Both the position numbers and the translations under genes were made by a program. From a virus: 64,000 bases of DNA. The DNA lies in the IMG/VR virus record IMGVR_UViG_3300045988_142996, positions 3,868 to 67,867 of that record, one strand, 5' to 3'. Under the pieces are notes generated by a model. The model was given only the letters and a program-made list of their open reading frames with translations, made no database searches and had not been told where the DNA came from. Below are positions 42,596 through 51,340 of this stretch, one piece after another (the stretch's first letter is position 1; each line of letters starts with the position of its first letter).

Positions 42596-43802
42596 AAAAT
42601 TTCCTTTCGTTGAACTTTTTCTTTTCCATCAGGGCTCTGCCGATTGCAAGATCAATACCAGCCCTGCTCTTCAAGTGATAGAAATACAAATCGGTATACG
42701 GCGTGTTCAGCCTGTCAATACGCCCAGATGCTTGCTCCATCACCTTGTAGGAGTAATTTTGGCTGTAAAATATAATGGTGTCCGTCTTGATGCAGTTCCA
42801 GCCTTCTGCCCCGGCATTATACTGCACAAGATAGACCCACTTCTTACCATCCGGTATCGGCTGATGCTTGTGTCCATTCCACTGCGCCACCTCAACATCT
42901 TTGTCATATGCCAGATTCAGCAGAATATCCAGCTCATAGTCAAAGTTGTAGAAGACGATAGCTCGCGGATGTGTCTTGCAAATATCCAGCATTGCATCTG
43001 CCCTGCTCGGATCGGTGTTCACAAGTTTGCGCAGCAGATAACAGAACTCGCTGGCAGTTTCGATTGGCCGGTTCTCATACGGGTTCCAGCGGGATTTGTG
43101 AATCTCCTTGTACTTCAGCCGGTCAAAGCCCACATACACTGTCTCATGGTGCTGCACGGTATGCCGCTTGAAGTCCATATCCACCAGAATTCGATCACGC
43201 AGCCTGACAAGCCGGGTTGTGTTGATGTATCGATCAATTTTCGGGAACTTCGAGAACCGCGAGTAGACGATATGCTCGTTTTTGAACTGTGTCCTATTCT
43301 TGTAGAATCCGTTTGCAACGAATACCGGAATATAATCTGTCCAGCAATCGCCTGGCGTAGCACTCAGAAGGATCCAGTCATTCTCTTTTGTGATCTTCAA
43401 GAATGACTTGACCCACTGTCCATCGCCAACCACACGCTGTTCATCAAATATAAAGAAGGCATCTTTTGCTCCGACATACTTATGAACATTGTTCCAGGAA
43501 TCGACTACAACTTTGTGCTTATACATCCGCGCGCTCTCGTCCGTAGTCATCATGAAAGGGATCATCTCTTCTTCCCATTCCAAGGTATCTCGCTTGCGGG
43601 CAGTCGTGATGATATACAAATCTTGCGGAGGATCATGCATTTTTACATACCGCTTGGTATTCACCCGACCGCCGTTCTTGATATAGTAGTAAGCCAGTCC
43701 AGTCCGGCTCTTTCCGCTGCCGACACCACCGCACAGAATGCAGCCATTTTTCATTCGGTTGACTGCATCCAGCTGGTAGTCGTAGAGATTTACTCCAGAC
43801 AA
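42585..43802 (-). CDS. SF2 (SNF2/DEAD-like) helicase
   Basis: YDYQLDAVNRM...LCGGVGSGKSRTGL (motif I), FFIFDEQRVVG (motif II, DEQR), a C-terminal helicase lobe ...AGAEGWN... and QASGRIDR (motif VI). Confidence 0.8.
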   Translation of the reverse strand: MSGVNLYDYQLDAVNRMKNGCILCGGVGSGKSRTGLAYYYIKNGGRVNTKRYVKMHDPPQDLYIITTARKRDTLEWEEEMIPFMMTTDESARMYKHKVVVDSWNNVHKYVGAKDAFFIFDEQRVVGDGQWVKSFLKITKENDWILLSATPGDCWTDYIPVFVANGFYKNRTQFKNEHIVYSRFSKFPKIDRYINTTRLVRLRDRILVDMDFKRHTVQHHETVYVGFDRLKYKEIHKSRWNPYENRPIETASEFCYLLRKLVNTDPSRADAMLDICKTHPRAIVFYNFDYELDILLNLAYDKDVEVAQWNGHKHQPIPDGKKWVYLVQYNAGAEGWNCIKTDTIIFYSQNYSYKVMEQASGRIDRLNTPYTDLYFYHLKSRAGIDLAIGRALMEKKKFNERKFYGI

Positions 43803-43809
43803 ATATCTT

Positions 43810-43980
43810 TCACCTCAGTTCCATATGCACATGAATGGAAGCCGGACTACAGCGATTCTCGTATGCCAGCAACGCAATTGTGGCTTCCTCTTCTTCCTCG
43901 CCCTCACCGAACAACGTATAGGCAAATAGTTCTTTTCCGTTATACTCAAAGACCTTCCAAGTGCACCATTTTTCTTTCAT
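43810..43980 (-). CDS. Small acidic hypothetical protein
   Basis: MKEKWCTWKVFEYNGKELFAYTLFGEGEEEEEATIALL.... The ATG at 43980 lies after the terminator and GGAGG. Confidence 0.5.
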   Translation of the reverse strand: MKEKWCTWKVFEYNGKELFAYTLFGEGEEEEEATIALLAYENRCSPASIHVHMELR

Positions 43981-43994
43981 TTCTGCGCCTCCAT

Positions 43995-44027
43995 AAAAAG
44001 AAAGAGCCGCAGATTTCTCCACAGCTC
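43995..44027 (-). terminator. Rho-independent terminator, GAGCCG..CGGCTC hairpin family
   Basis: Minus strand reads GAGCTGTGGAGAAATCTGCGGCTC followed by TTTCTTTTT. Confidence 0.65.
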
Positions 44028-44036
44028 AATGCCTTG

Positions 44037-44315
44037 TCAGTAAAGTTGAATGCCTTGTGTTTCCAGTATGTTCTTGAAAATAGCGCAGTTTTCGATTGTG
44101 CTCCGATACATACTCGCCTTAAAGTCATTACGCAGTCCGTGATAATTATCAATCGCGTACACCGTTTCCACGCTGGGATTTCTCATCTTCAGCATGGAAG
44201 CCTGATATACGATATTGGTAATCGTAATCTCTTCCTCAGTAATGAAATGGTAGGCAAGCACCTTGTACATCTTGTCTGCTCCACCAAGTCCATAAATATA
44301 AACCTGTCTGGTCAT
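44037..44315 (-). CDS. Hypothetical protein
   Basis: 92-aa ORF. AAAGGAG RBS immediately after motif copy 3. Confidence 0.6.
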   Translation of the reverse strand: MTRQVYIYGLGGADKMYKVLAYHFITEEEITITNIVYQASMLKMRNPSVETVYAIDNYHGLRNDFKASMYRSTIENCAIFKNILETQGIQLY

Positions 44316-44328
44316 TCAAACCATCTCC

Positions 44329-44357
44329 TTTCATAAAAGACTATGATTTTTTCGCGT
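44329..44357 (-). promoter_or_regulatory. Copy 3 of the conserved 29-nt motif
   Basis: Minus strand reads ACGCGAAAAAATCATAGTCTTTTATGAAA. It overlaps the last codons (DAKKS*) of 44341..44505. Confidence 0.55.
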
Positions 44358-44505
44358 CAGTAGGGCAATATTTCATCTTGAGCATTGACAGTTCAATGAT
44401 AGTGTCGATATCTTCCAGCTCGTCTTTCATTGAAAAAGACTTTCTCAACTTGCCGTTTTCGATCACAATGTTCTGCGCTGCAGTGAGCGCTTCGTAGATA
44501 GTCAT
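44341..44505 (-). CDS. Small hypothetical protein
   Basis: MTIYEALTAAQNIVIENGKLRKSF.... GAGGGG RBS before the ATG at 44505. Confidence 0.5.
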   Translation of the reverse strand: MTIYEALTAAQNIVIENGKLRKSFSMKDELEDIDTIIELSMLKMKYCPTDAKKS

Positions 44506-44509
44506 GTTT

Positions 44510-44791
44510 TCACCCCTCTTCATCATAGAGATTCGGGCAGAAGCTGGTGTAGAAGTAGATGCTGAAGAGATGCACGCCCTTCTCCATATCCTCATCCACA
44601 GCTGCAACCTCTTCGCGGCCAATGAGCTCGTCATAGATATCATTGTAGTGCTCCATCAGCCACTCATTGGGCATCTCCGAGAACGCGGCAAGATCATCCT
44701 CCACACCGAAAATCCAGTTGCCATAGTTGGTGCTCTCAGTGCCATGCTCAACCATATAATCCACGATTTCTTTCACTTTCAGTTCGTCCAT
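44510..44791 (-). CDS. Highly acidic small protein (candidate DNA mimic / anti-restriction)
   Basis: 93 aa, D/E-rich throughout (MDELKVKEIVDYMVEHGTES...EEVAAVDEDMEKG...). Function is inferred only from composition. Confidence 0.55.
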   Translation of the reverse strand: MDELKVKEIVDYMVEHGTESTNYGNWIFGVEDDLAAFSEMPNEWLMEHYNDIYDELIGREEVAAVDEDMEKGVHLFSIYFYTSFCPNLYDEEG

Positions 44792-44832
44792 AATGTTTTC
44801 TCCTTACATTATTATAATAGGGCTCTCGCCCA

Positions 44833-44911
44833 TGGTGGGTCAGGCAGGATTTGAACCCGCGATCAAGCAGTTATGAGCTGCCAGCTTTTAACCCGGCTAA
44901 GCTACTGACCC
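44833..44911 (-). tRNA. tRNA with a CAT anticodon (elongator Met or lysidine-type Ile2), CCA encoded
   Basis: Minus strand reads GGGTCAG-TAGCTTAGCCGGGTTAAAAGCT-GGCAG-CTCATAA-CTGCT-TGATC-GCGGG-TTCAAAT-CCTGC-CTGACCC-A-CCA. 7-bp acceptor stem, canonical T-loop, G1-C72, so not an initiator. Confidence 0.85.
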
Positions 44912-44948
44912 AAATAAAAAGAGAGCCTGCGCTACACCGCAAGCTCTC
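44912..44948 (-). terminator. Rho-independent terminator directly 5' of the tRNA
   Basis: Minus strand reads GAGAGCTTGCG-GTGTAG-CGCAGGCTCTC followed by TTTTTATTT, which runs straight into the tRNA 5' end. Confidence 0.6.
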
Positions 44949-45057
44949 TCGAAAATATAAAACCGAGCCGTCACCTCAGAGAACGCCATTTGCGACGTGG
45001 GCACTCACCGTCTGGAGCATTCAACCGAGGACCGACCCCGGCACTCGGAAATATCAA

Positions 45058-45420
45058 TTAGACAAAGCGCTTCATACGCTTCTTAACAACATCAGGCGCG
45101 ACATAGGCAATGTCAACCAGATACTGCGGAATGTTATAGGTCTTTGCCGTGTAGTTCTCGACGATGCAGCCATCGAACTCCTTGTCCTTATCATAGATAC
45201 CGATAAATGCATCCGCATCGGCCATCTTCTTGACGGACTCTCCCAGATACCACAGGCGCTGGCTTGCACATTCGGGAGCATCCTCTTCGATAAAAGTCGG
45301 GATAACCTCGAACTCCGTATCGAAAACAGCTTCCGCGATTCTGTGCATCTGCTCCATCGTTGCTTTGATTTCTGCATCCGAGCGACCGCGCATCGGGCAG
45401 CTGATAAACAGTTTTTCCAT
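45058..45420 (-). CDS. Nucleoside 2-deoxyribosyltransferase-like (DUF4406-type) protein
   Basis: MEKLFISCPMRGRSDAEI...ADAFIGIYD...FDGCIVENYTAKTYNIP fits the Rossmann-like NDT/DUF4406 pattern. Assignment is tentative. Confidence 0.4.
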   Translation of the reverse strand: MEKLFISCPMRGRSDAEIKATMEQMHRIAEAVFDTEFEVIPTFIEEDAPECASQRLWYLGESVKKMADADAFIGIYDKDKEFDGCIVENYTAKTYNIPQYLVDIAYVAPDVVKKRMKRFV

Positions 45421-45429
45421 GTATCCTCC

Positions 45430-45963
45430 TTAGAACGGCATATCGTTCGGGTCGTTGGGCTCGGCCATATCTGCGTCTGGTGCTGCATTCACATGTGCAT
45501 AACGCTCTGCGTAAGGATCCGGGTCGGCATCCTGCTCAACGTACATCACATCGGCGTACAGGGTGAACTCGCCAGGAGCGTTGCGTTTCTCAACAAGGTT
45601 TGCCTGACAGCAGACATTTTTGACACGAATGAAGTCCAGCTGACCGATAGTTTCAGGTGTGCACAGCAGACGCTTACCCTGCAGAGTGATCCAGTAGACG
45701 TGCGGCGGCCACTTGGAGTCCATGTTGACCGTGACGGGAACATAGTAGGTAGGCGTAAAGCCGTCGTCATAGGTACGTTCCGGATTCGGATGGGTCTCCT
45801 TGACGTTGATGCCCATCGCCCGCATATCCATGGCCTGCTCGACCGTGGGAATCACGATATTGACCCGGCGCTTGTCCGAGCCAAAGCGGTCCCGGGTGGG
45901 GTCACCGGAGAAGTTGGTATCGAAAATGAAACGGGTATCGTCAATGTTAACCTTCTGACGCAT
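45430..45963 (-). CDS. Phage single-stranded DNA-binding protein (DUF2815-like) with an acidic C-terminal tip
   Basis: Ends ...DADMAEPNDPNDMPF, resembling the SSB D-D-D-I-P-F protein-interaction tip. It lies next to the replicase. Confidence 0.6.
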   Translation of the reverse strand: MRQKVNIDDTRFIFDTNFSGDPTRDRFGSDKRRVNIVIPTVEQAMDMRAMGINVKETHPNPERTYDDGFTPTYYVPVTVNMDSKWPPHVYWITLQGKRLLCTPETIGQLDFIRVKNVCCQANLVEKRNAPGEFTLYADVMYVEQDADPDPYAERYAHVNAAPDADMAEPNDPNDMPF

Positions 45964-46006
45964 AAATATAAGTCTCCTTACTTATTTATAATGTGTGTTT
46001 TGCCTT

Positions 46007-46435
46007 TTACTCTCCGCGCTCAGCTTTGCTGGCGACAATATGGGCAAGCTCATGCACGGTCTTGGTCGCGATTGCTGCCTCCTTCTTTTTCTTCTTGGGG
46101 TACTGCTTGAAAACCTTATGGAAGTGGTTGTCATTGCCCGCCATCTTCTTCACGATGGCCATGGCGAGACCTTTCTCCATATCGTAGCTGTCTTCCGGGC
46201 CGCACTTCACAACGGTCTTGGTGCCATCTGACCACAGAACAATGGTTGCTGGGTCATTGAAGATGACCTTGCGGATGCTGACACGGCACATGCCGAACAG
46301 CACGATATCATTCTTCTTGGCCAGTTCCGTGGACTGGCGGCCATAGTCAACCGCCATTGCGATTGTTCTGTCATTTACAAACATCGCCGTGGACAGATCA
46401 TTGCACATATTCCAATTCCAGTAATTCTTTCTCAT
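46007..46435 (-). CDS. Hypothetical protein
   Basis: 142 aa (…TIVLWSDGTKTVVKCGPEDSYDMEKGLAMAIVKKMAGN…), directly after the replicase gene. Confidence 0.6.
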   Translation of the reverse strand: MRKNYWNWNMCNDLSTAMFVNDRTIAMAVDYGRQSTELAKKNDIVLFGMCRVSIRKVIFNDPATIVLWSDGTKTVVKCGPEDSYDMEKGLAMAIVKKMAGNDNHFHKVFKQYPKKKKKEAAIATKTVHELAHIVASKAERGE

Positions 46436-49400
46436 TTATCTCACCTCGAAATTTCTTGCTGCTTCGTCCTGAATATCAGTCCAGGGCATATCGGGTTTCT
46501 GCCAAGGCGGCTCACCAGCGTCATCTGCTACGAACCACTCGAAGTTCCCATGTTTAGCGATGGCATCCGCAGCATCATCCGCCATCTTGTCAAAGTAGGA
46601 ACGATCCACCATGTCCTCCATCTGGAGTTCATGAACCATCTCACTTTCCAGCCAGCGATAGCCTTTCGTCCCCGTCACCGCTGCATATGTCTTCTCTCCA
46701 GCATCATTGACACCAGATTCCCGGACAAGTAAAGCGCCACCAGAGCCAGGCTTTACAGGGCAGAACGAGCCAACACGGCCAACGAAAATATAATTGTGCT
46801 CGCCTTCCGGGAGGTCTTCGTTTTTGTCCAGATAGATTGCGCCTTTGGAAACAGTTTTCGTCTGGCACAAATCTGCAAACACAATCGGCTCATGCGAGAA
46901 GAGCGTCTTGAACACATACGGAATCTGGAACTGCGTGCCGGTCGCCGTCCATTCCTTGCTGTGCTCTCCGTTCTTCTCGGGAGTATAGCCATACTGACTC
47001 TGACACTGATCCGCATCCAGATACCGGGCAATGTACACTGCGTCGTTCACCAGGCACATCTTTTCGTAGGTGGCCTCATGCTCGAAGGTGTAGCCGTATT
47101 TCTCGGCAAACTTCGTGCAGAAATCAATGATTTCCGGTGTTGCATCAGGGATCTTGATAGAATCCGTCTTGATGTGCGCCACCGTGAAGCCACGCTGCTG
47201 GACCTCATCCTGCAAAGTGCGCATGAACAAAGCACCGCGCAGCGCAACGATGTTGTTGGCGTTCTTGCGATTCCGGAACGGATTCTCAAAGGTTGCCGAC
47301 GTTAAGCCGTACACCGAGTTGATGGCGATTTTCAGCGCCTGCGACAATGCTTTTGCCTGCTTCGGGTCGTCCAGATACTTTGCCAGCTTTCCATTGAAGA
47401 GCTTCTTTGCCTTGTCGTACTCCTTGTGCTTAACGTAGATACGAACATCCATCAGGTCGTTGAAGTTTTTGGTGTACTCACCGAAGTAATTCAGAGCGAC
47501 AGCAGAATGCGGGTGCAGGGACGCAACATCCAGCAGCGCAACATTCCAGTACATACCGGGTTCAGCATAGACATAGCCACCCAAACCCAAGTCCGTACCA
47601 CGGAACATGTTGTGCATCCGACCATCCTCACCGCGCACCCACTCATAGCCCGGAAAGGCATTGAGATAGGGATTCTTGGTGAGAATATCAGGTTCCACTT
47701 CGACCAGGTCATCCGATTCGCCAGTGGCCAGATCCGTATACACCAGCCGAGGATTCTTCTCCTTTCCAAAGATGATACGGGTGGTCAGACTGTTGGTGGT
47801 GTCATTGACCGTCATACCAGCCACGTCTGCCAGAATCTCACGAGCGATGAAATCTGCATGGCGCGCATTGAAGACAGCTTCCGTCGCCAGAACGTCATTG
47901 TCGCAATACCGTGCAACCTCTTCCCATTTTTCTTCCGGCACAGGCTGATCCCAAGGAAGTCCAAGTTCCTGATGGTGAATGCCAAGCTCGATCTCGAACT
48001 TCTTCAGGCTCTGCTTCTTGGCACTGAAATCATAAATATCAGTGTAGGAGAAGTTATACGCCTCGCCAAAGAAGCCCGTATGCTGGTTGATGATCTGCTG
48101 AGACAAGTCATAAATTGCCTCGACGGACCACCCAATCATACGGGCATAGAGAATATGGTTGTCGTACTTGCGGTTGTTGAAGCCAATCAGACGATACTGC
48201 GAGAGTTTTGCAATATCATCCGCACTGGGATTGATCATGCGATAGACCGTAGTGTTTTCTTTTTCCGGTGTACTCTGGAACTTCCAGTTGACCAGAAGCA
48301 GGTTTGGGAACACTTCACAGTCAAAGAAGACGATCGGTGCTTCGCATGTAACAGTTTCTGTCGGCTCCTTGGATTTGAAATGCATCTTAGACACGATTTT
48401 CAGGCACGCATCCGCCTGATTCGAGCTGGATGCCGCAAAGCCCAGGATCGCATTGCGCATATCGTCCACATCATAGGTAAGGTCGCTGTTATAAGCATCC
48501 TCCAGAATTTTGTAGATGAAGTCGATGGACGGCTTGGTATAGGGATGAATTTCTTTGTTGAGATTGCGCATGATGAGGATTCGCAGCGCTTTCTCACTCT
48601 GGACACGATCGGTGCTAACCATTTTTTCTCCCTTCACTGGTAATCCGGAGCTGATGGGTGCTACCGGAATATCATTGCATTTTGAGAGCTTTCTCCGCAG
48701 TGAGCTCTTGCCCGTGAACACTTTGACCTCGATGTGCTCGTCGTAGATCCGGCTGAGTTTGGATGCGTCACCGGAGTAAATATAATGCAGGTGAATGCCC
48801 GCACCCGATTTGCTCAGCTCAGCATAGGTTCTCGGCCATTTGCTGGCGGCTTCGAGATTCCGCTCAAAGGACTTCTTGCCATCCTCTCCCGGAATATCAA
48901 AGTCAATGACGATGTGGTTCTCTGGTACTTTCACATAGTGCAGTCGGCTGGTGTCTAAATCCGACAGCTTTGTACGAACCTTCTCCCAGTAGTCCGTCGG
49001 AGTGCCGTTTTCCTTGGCATACTGAGCCGGGCAGTCCTTGCAAATATCATCCAAAACTGAATGCTGTATCTTGAAATTGATCCAAGATGCCTGCTTCTCG
49101 GGCTCGACCGTTCCAAAAGCAGACTTCTTCTCGAACTTTTCCGTCTTGAATCCGCTGTAGTAGCTTCGGATGCGCTCGCCACTGTCAGTATTGACACGCT
49201 CCTTATACTCACGGAAGTAGTTCATAAGTTCTTCCTTGAACACCCGCCGAGAGCTCATATACGGAACGTTCGTGCTGGTACAGAAGTTCTTGTACATCTC
49301 CCATGCCACCTGCAGGGATACGCCATCTTCCTTTTTGAAGACGTAGTAGCTGTCCTCCACAAAGTTGTACATGTCGTTGGAAGCACTCAGCATGCGAATT

Positions 49401-50431
49401 GGAATATAATCGTCATAGGCATGCTTATTGTTCTCGTAGACATTCCGACAGTACCAAGCGATGGCACCCAGTTCAAAGTCGATTTGAGAGACCAGTTCCT
49501 CATACTTTTTGGCAGGCACTTTATTGCCGGTAGGCTCTACGTCGATCAGGCGTCGAACAATACCCGACTTCGCATTGGTGATTTTCACAGGACTGTTCGT
49601 ACCAAGAATCAGGAAGCATTTGAATCGGTTCTCATAGGCGGACTTGAACTTCTCGTTGACCGTCATAGATTCGTGAGAAACCAACGAGTTGATGCGGGTG
49701 TTGTCTTCAATGCGGCTCAGATCACCATCGTGCTGGATTGCAATCAGCGGGTTCGAGCGAAAGGCTTCCAGCGCAAATGCGTTTGAGGATGAACCCAGGA
49801 CTTTCGCATCGAAGGGCGCAAAATATCCAGCGAACAGCTTCTGAATGACATTGATGACGGTAGATTTACCTGTACCCGGAGCACCATACATGACAAGGAA
49901 CTTCTGAATCTTCTTAGAGTCACCATTTACGATTGCTCCGATGGCCCATTCGATCTTCATCCGCTCCGTCGGTGCATACAGTACGCTCAACAGCTCGTCC
50001 CAGGCTTTGATACTCCCCTGCTCCAGTGGATAAGGAAGCCGCTTGGATGCGTAATCTTCCTTTCGCACTTCAGTGTTGGAGAATATCAATTTCTCGTCGA
50101 GCATGGTAAAAGAGTCCCGCATCTGACGCTGACAGTATTTGTGCCAGAGATCGATCATTCCGGACTCTGCATCCCACATGTGAAGCACCCGGTAATTATC
50201 AAAGTCACACTTGTGCTCTTCCGCATAGTTGTCCAGCTCCCGGTCAATCAGCTGGAGCGCGTCCTGCTCATCCGTAGACCACAAGCCACGCTCCTCCAGC
50301 CAAATCGCATAGAAGTCCCCGCCTCGAATCATCAAGTCCTTAGAATGCTTGATGATCAGTTTGGGATAGATTTCAATCACCCCGTGTTTGCCCGTTCTGC
50401 GAGCAATGAAAAGGAAATCAATCATTGGCAA
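46436..50431 (-). CDS. Replicase fusion: SF3/D5-like helicase + AEP primase-polymerase + family-B DNA polymerase (1331 aa)
   Basis: Walker A MYGAPGTGKST. AEP motifs HIVIDFDIP and SGAGIHLHYIY. PolB ExoI FFDCEVFPN, ExoII GFNNRKYDNHIL, ExoIII YCDNDVLATEAVF, motif A DVASLHPHS, motif B KIAINSVYGLT, motif C HIKTDSIKI. Confidence 0.85.
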   Translation of the reverse strand: MPMIDFLFIARRTGKHGVIEIYPKLIIKHSKDLMIRGGDFYAIWLEERGLWSTDEQDALQLIDRELDNYAEEHKCDFDNYRVLHMWDAESGMIDLWHKYCQRQMRDSFTMLDEKLIFSNTEVRKEDYASKRLPYPLEQGSIKAWDELLSVLYAPTERMKIEWAIGAIVNGDSKKIQKFLVMYGAPGTGKSTVINVIQKLFAGYFAPFDAKVLGSSSNAFALEAFRSNPLIAIQHDGDLSRIEDNTRINSLVSHESMTVNEKFKSAYENRFKCFLILGTNSPVKITNAKSGIVRRLIDVEPTGNKVPAKKYEELVSQIDFELGAIAWYCRNVYENNKHAYDDYIPIRMLSASNDMYNFVEDSYYVFKKEDGVSLQVAWEMYKNFCTSTNVPYMSSRRVFKEELMNYFREYKERVNTDSGERIRSYYSGFKTEKFEKKSAFGTVEPEKQASWINFKIQHSVLDDICKDCPAQYAKENGTPTDYWEKVRTKLSDLDTSRLHYVKVPENHIVIDFDIPGEDGKKSFERNLEAASKWPRTYAELSKSGAGIHLHYIYSGDASKLSRIYDEHIEVKVFTGKSSLRRKLSKCNDIPVAPISSGLPVKGEKMVSTDRVQSEKALRILIMRNLNKEIHPYTKPSIDFIYKILEDAYNSDLTYDVDDMRNAILGFAASSSNQADACLKIVSKMHFKSKEPTETVTCEAPIVFFDCEVFPNLLLVNWKFQSTPEKENTTVYRMINPSADDIAKLSQYRLIGFNNRKYDNHILYARMIGWSVEAIYDLSQQIINQHTGFFGEAYNFSYTDIYDFSAKKQSLKKFEIELGIHHQELGLPWDQPVPEEKWEEVARYCDNDVLATEAVFNARHADFIAREILADVAGMTVNDTTNSLTTRIIFGKEKNPRLVYTDLATGESDDLVEVEPDILTKNPYLNAFPGYEWVRGEDGRMHNMFRGTDLGLGGYVYAEPGMYWNVALLDVASLHPHSAVALNYFGEYTKNFNDLMDVRIYVKHKEYDKAKKLFNGKLAKYLDDPKQAKALSQALKIAINSVYGLTSATFENPFRNRKNANNIVALRGALFMRTLQDEVQQRGFTVAHIKTDSIKIPDATPEIIDFCTKFAEKYGYTFEHEATYEKMCLVNDAVYIARYLDADQCQSQYGYTPEKNGEHSKEWTATGTQFQIPYVFKTLFSHEPIVFADLCQTKTVSKGAIYLDKNEDLPEGEHNYIFVGRVGSFCPVKPGSGGALLVRESGVNDAGEKTYAAVTGTKGYRWLESEMVHELQMEDMVDRSYFDKMADDAADAIAKHGNFEWFVADDAGEPPWQKPDMPWTDIQDEAARNFEVR

Positions 50432-50460
50432 TCAATTTCCTCCTTTCTTCGAGGCAAATA

Positions 50461-50760
50461 TCAATCGTTGGGCTTCTCGTTGGACAGCTTCGCATGGCCA
50501 TCGCAATGGACGGTCTTCTCAGCCTCCGCCTGCTTCATCTTGTTTAGTTCGGCAAGCGTGGCGTCATGTTTCTCAGCCAGGTCATCACGATCCTTCTTTG
50601 CTTCAACGCACTTCTTGCACTCCATGCCCAGTGTCTTCACCAGCAGGTAGACAATGCCTGCCATACCGAGGAGAGCCAGGTTCTTCTTGAAGAGCTTAGC
50701 CTTGTAACGGTCGAGTGCGCATTCGGTCTGAGCCAGCTGATAGTAGATGTTGCTTTCCAT
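50461..50760 (-). CDS. Single-TM membrane protein with a coiled coil
   Basis: ALLGMAGIVYLLV is a TM segment. GAGGAGG RBS before the ATG at 50760. Confidence 0.55.
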   Translation of the reverse strand: MESNIYYQLAQTECALDRYKAKLFKKNLALLGMAGIVYLLVKTLGMECKKCVEAKKDRDDLAEKHDATLAELNKMKQAEAEKTVHCDGHAKLSNEKPND

Positions 50761-50773
50761 AATAAAGTCCTCC

Positions 50774-51340
50774 TCAAATATCATTTTCATTGATGTACGC
50801 CATCATCTGATACCAGATGTCCAGCGTACGCATATCTTCTTTCGGGTTTTGCAGGGTGAACAGACCGCCTGCACCGTTGGGCTGGTAGTCTCTGCGACGG
50901 AAACGTTCCATCACAAACTCTGCACGGCTGCGATGAAAACGGTTATCATCCATAGCGGCAAGACCAAGGCTCACCACCATATTCCAGAACCACTGCCCAG
51001 CACGATAGCCGGCGTTCGGGTCTTCCATGATCTGCTCCTCGCAACGAAGTGCCAGAGCAACCATCATTTCGAGCATACTGCACTCTTTACCCCGAAGTGC
51101 AATATTGACGTTGTTACCCGGAATATCAGGGTGCTCGTCCATAAAGCGACCACGCAGGTTTGTTCCGTCTACTGCACGGTTTTCGTCCATCTCGTTGTCC
51201 GGGAGGAAGTCCGTGTCGTAGAGAAATTGGAGCAAATATCGAAACGAAAGGTTGCGGGGCTCCCATTTCCCGCAAACCAGTTCATAGAGCCAGTCGAAAT
51301 ATCTCTTTTCGACGTCGGCTCGCAGTTCATCAATCGTCAT
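50774..51340 (-). CDS. Hypothetical protein
   Basis: 188-aa ORF (MTIDELRADVEKRYFDWLYELVCGKWE...). No family recognised. Confidence 0.6.
   Translation of the reverse strand: MTIDELRADVEKRYFDWLYELVCGKWEPRNLSFRYLLQFLYDTDFLPDNEMDENRAVDGTNLRGRFMDEHPDIPGNNVNIALRGKECSMLEMMVALALRCEEQIMEDPNAGYRAGQWFWNMVVSLGLAAMDDNRFHRSRAEFVMERFRRRDYQPNGAGGLFTLQNPKEDMRTLDIWYQMMAYINENDI

Noticed and set aside
44949-45057. A second tRNA or structured RNA in the ~110-nt untranslated stretch between 45058..45420 and terminator 44912..44948.
   Set aside because: Some local pairing exists (CCGA..GCCG / CGGC..TCGG), but there is no cloverleaf, T-loop or convincing conserved structure. This is left unresolved rather than called.
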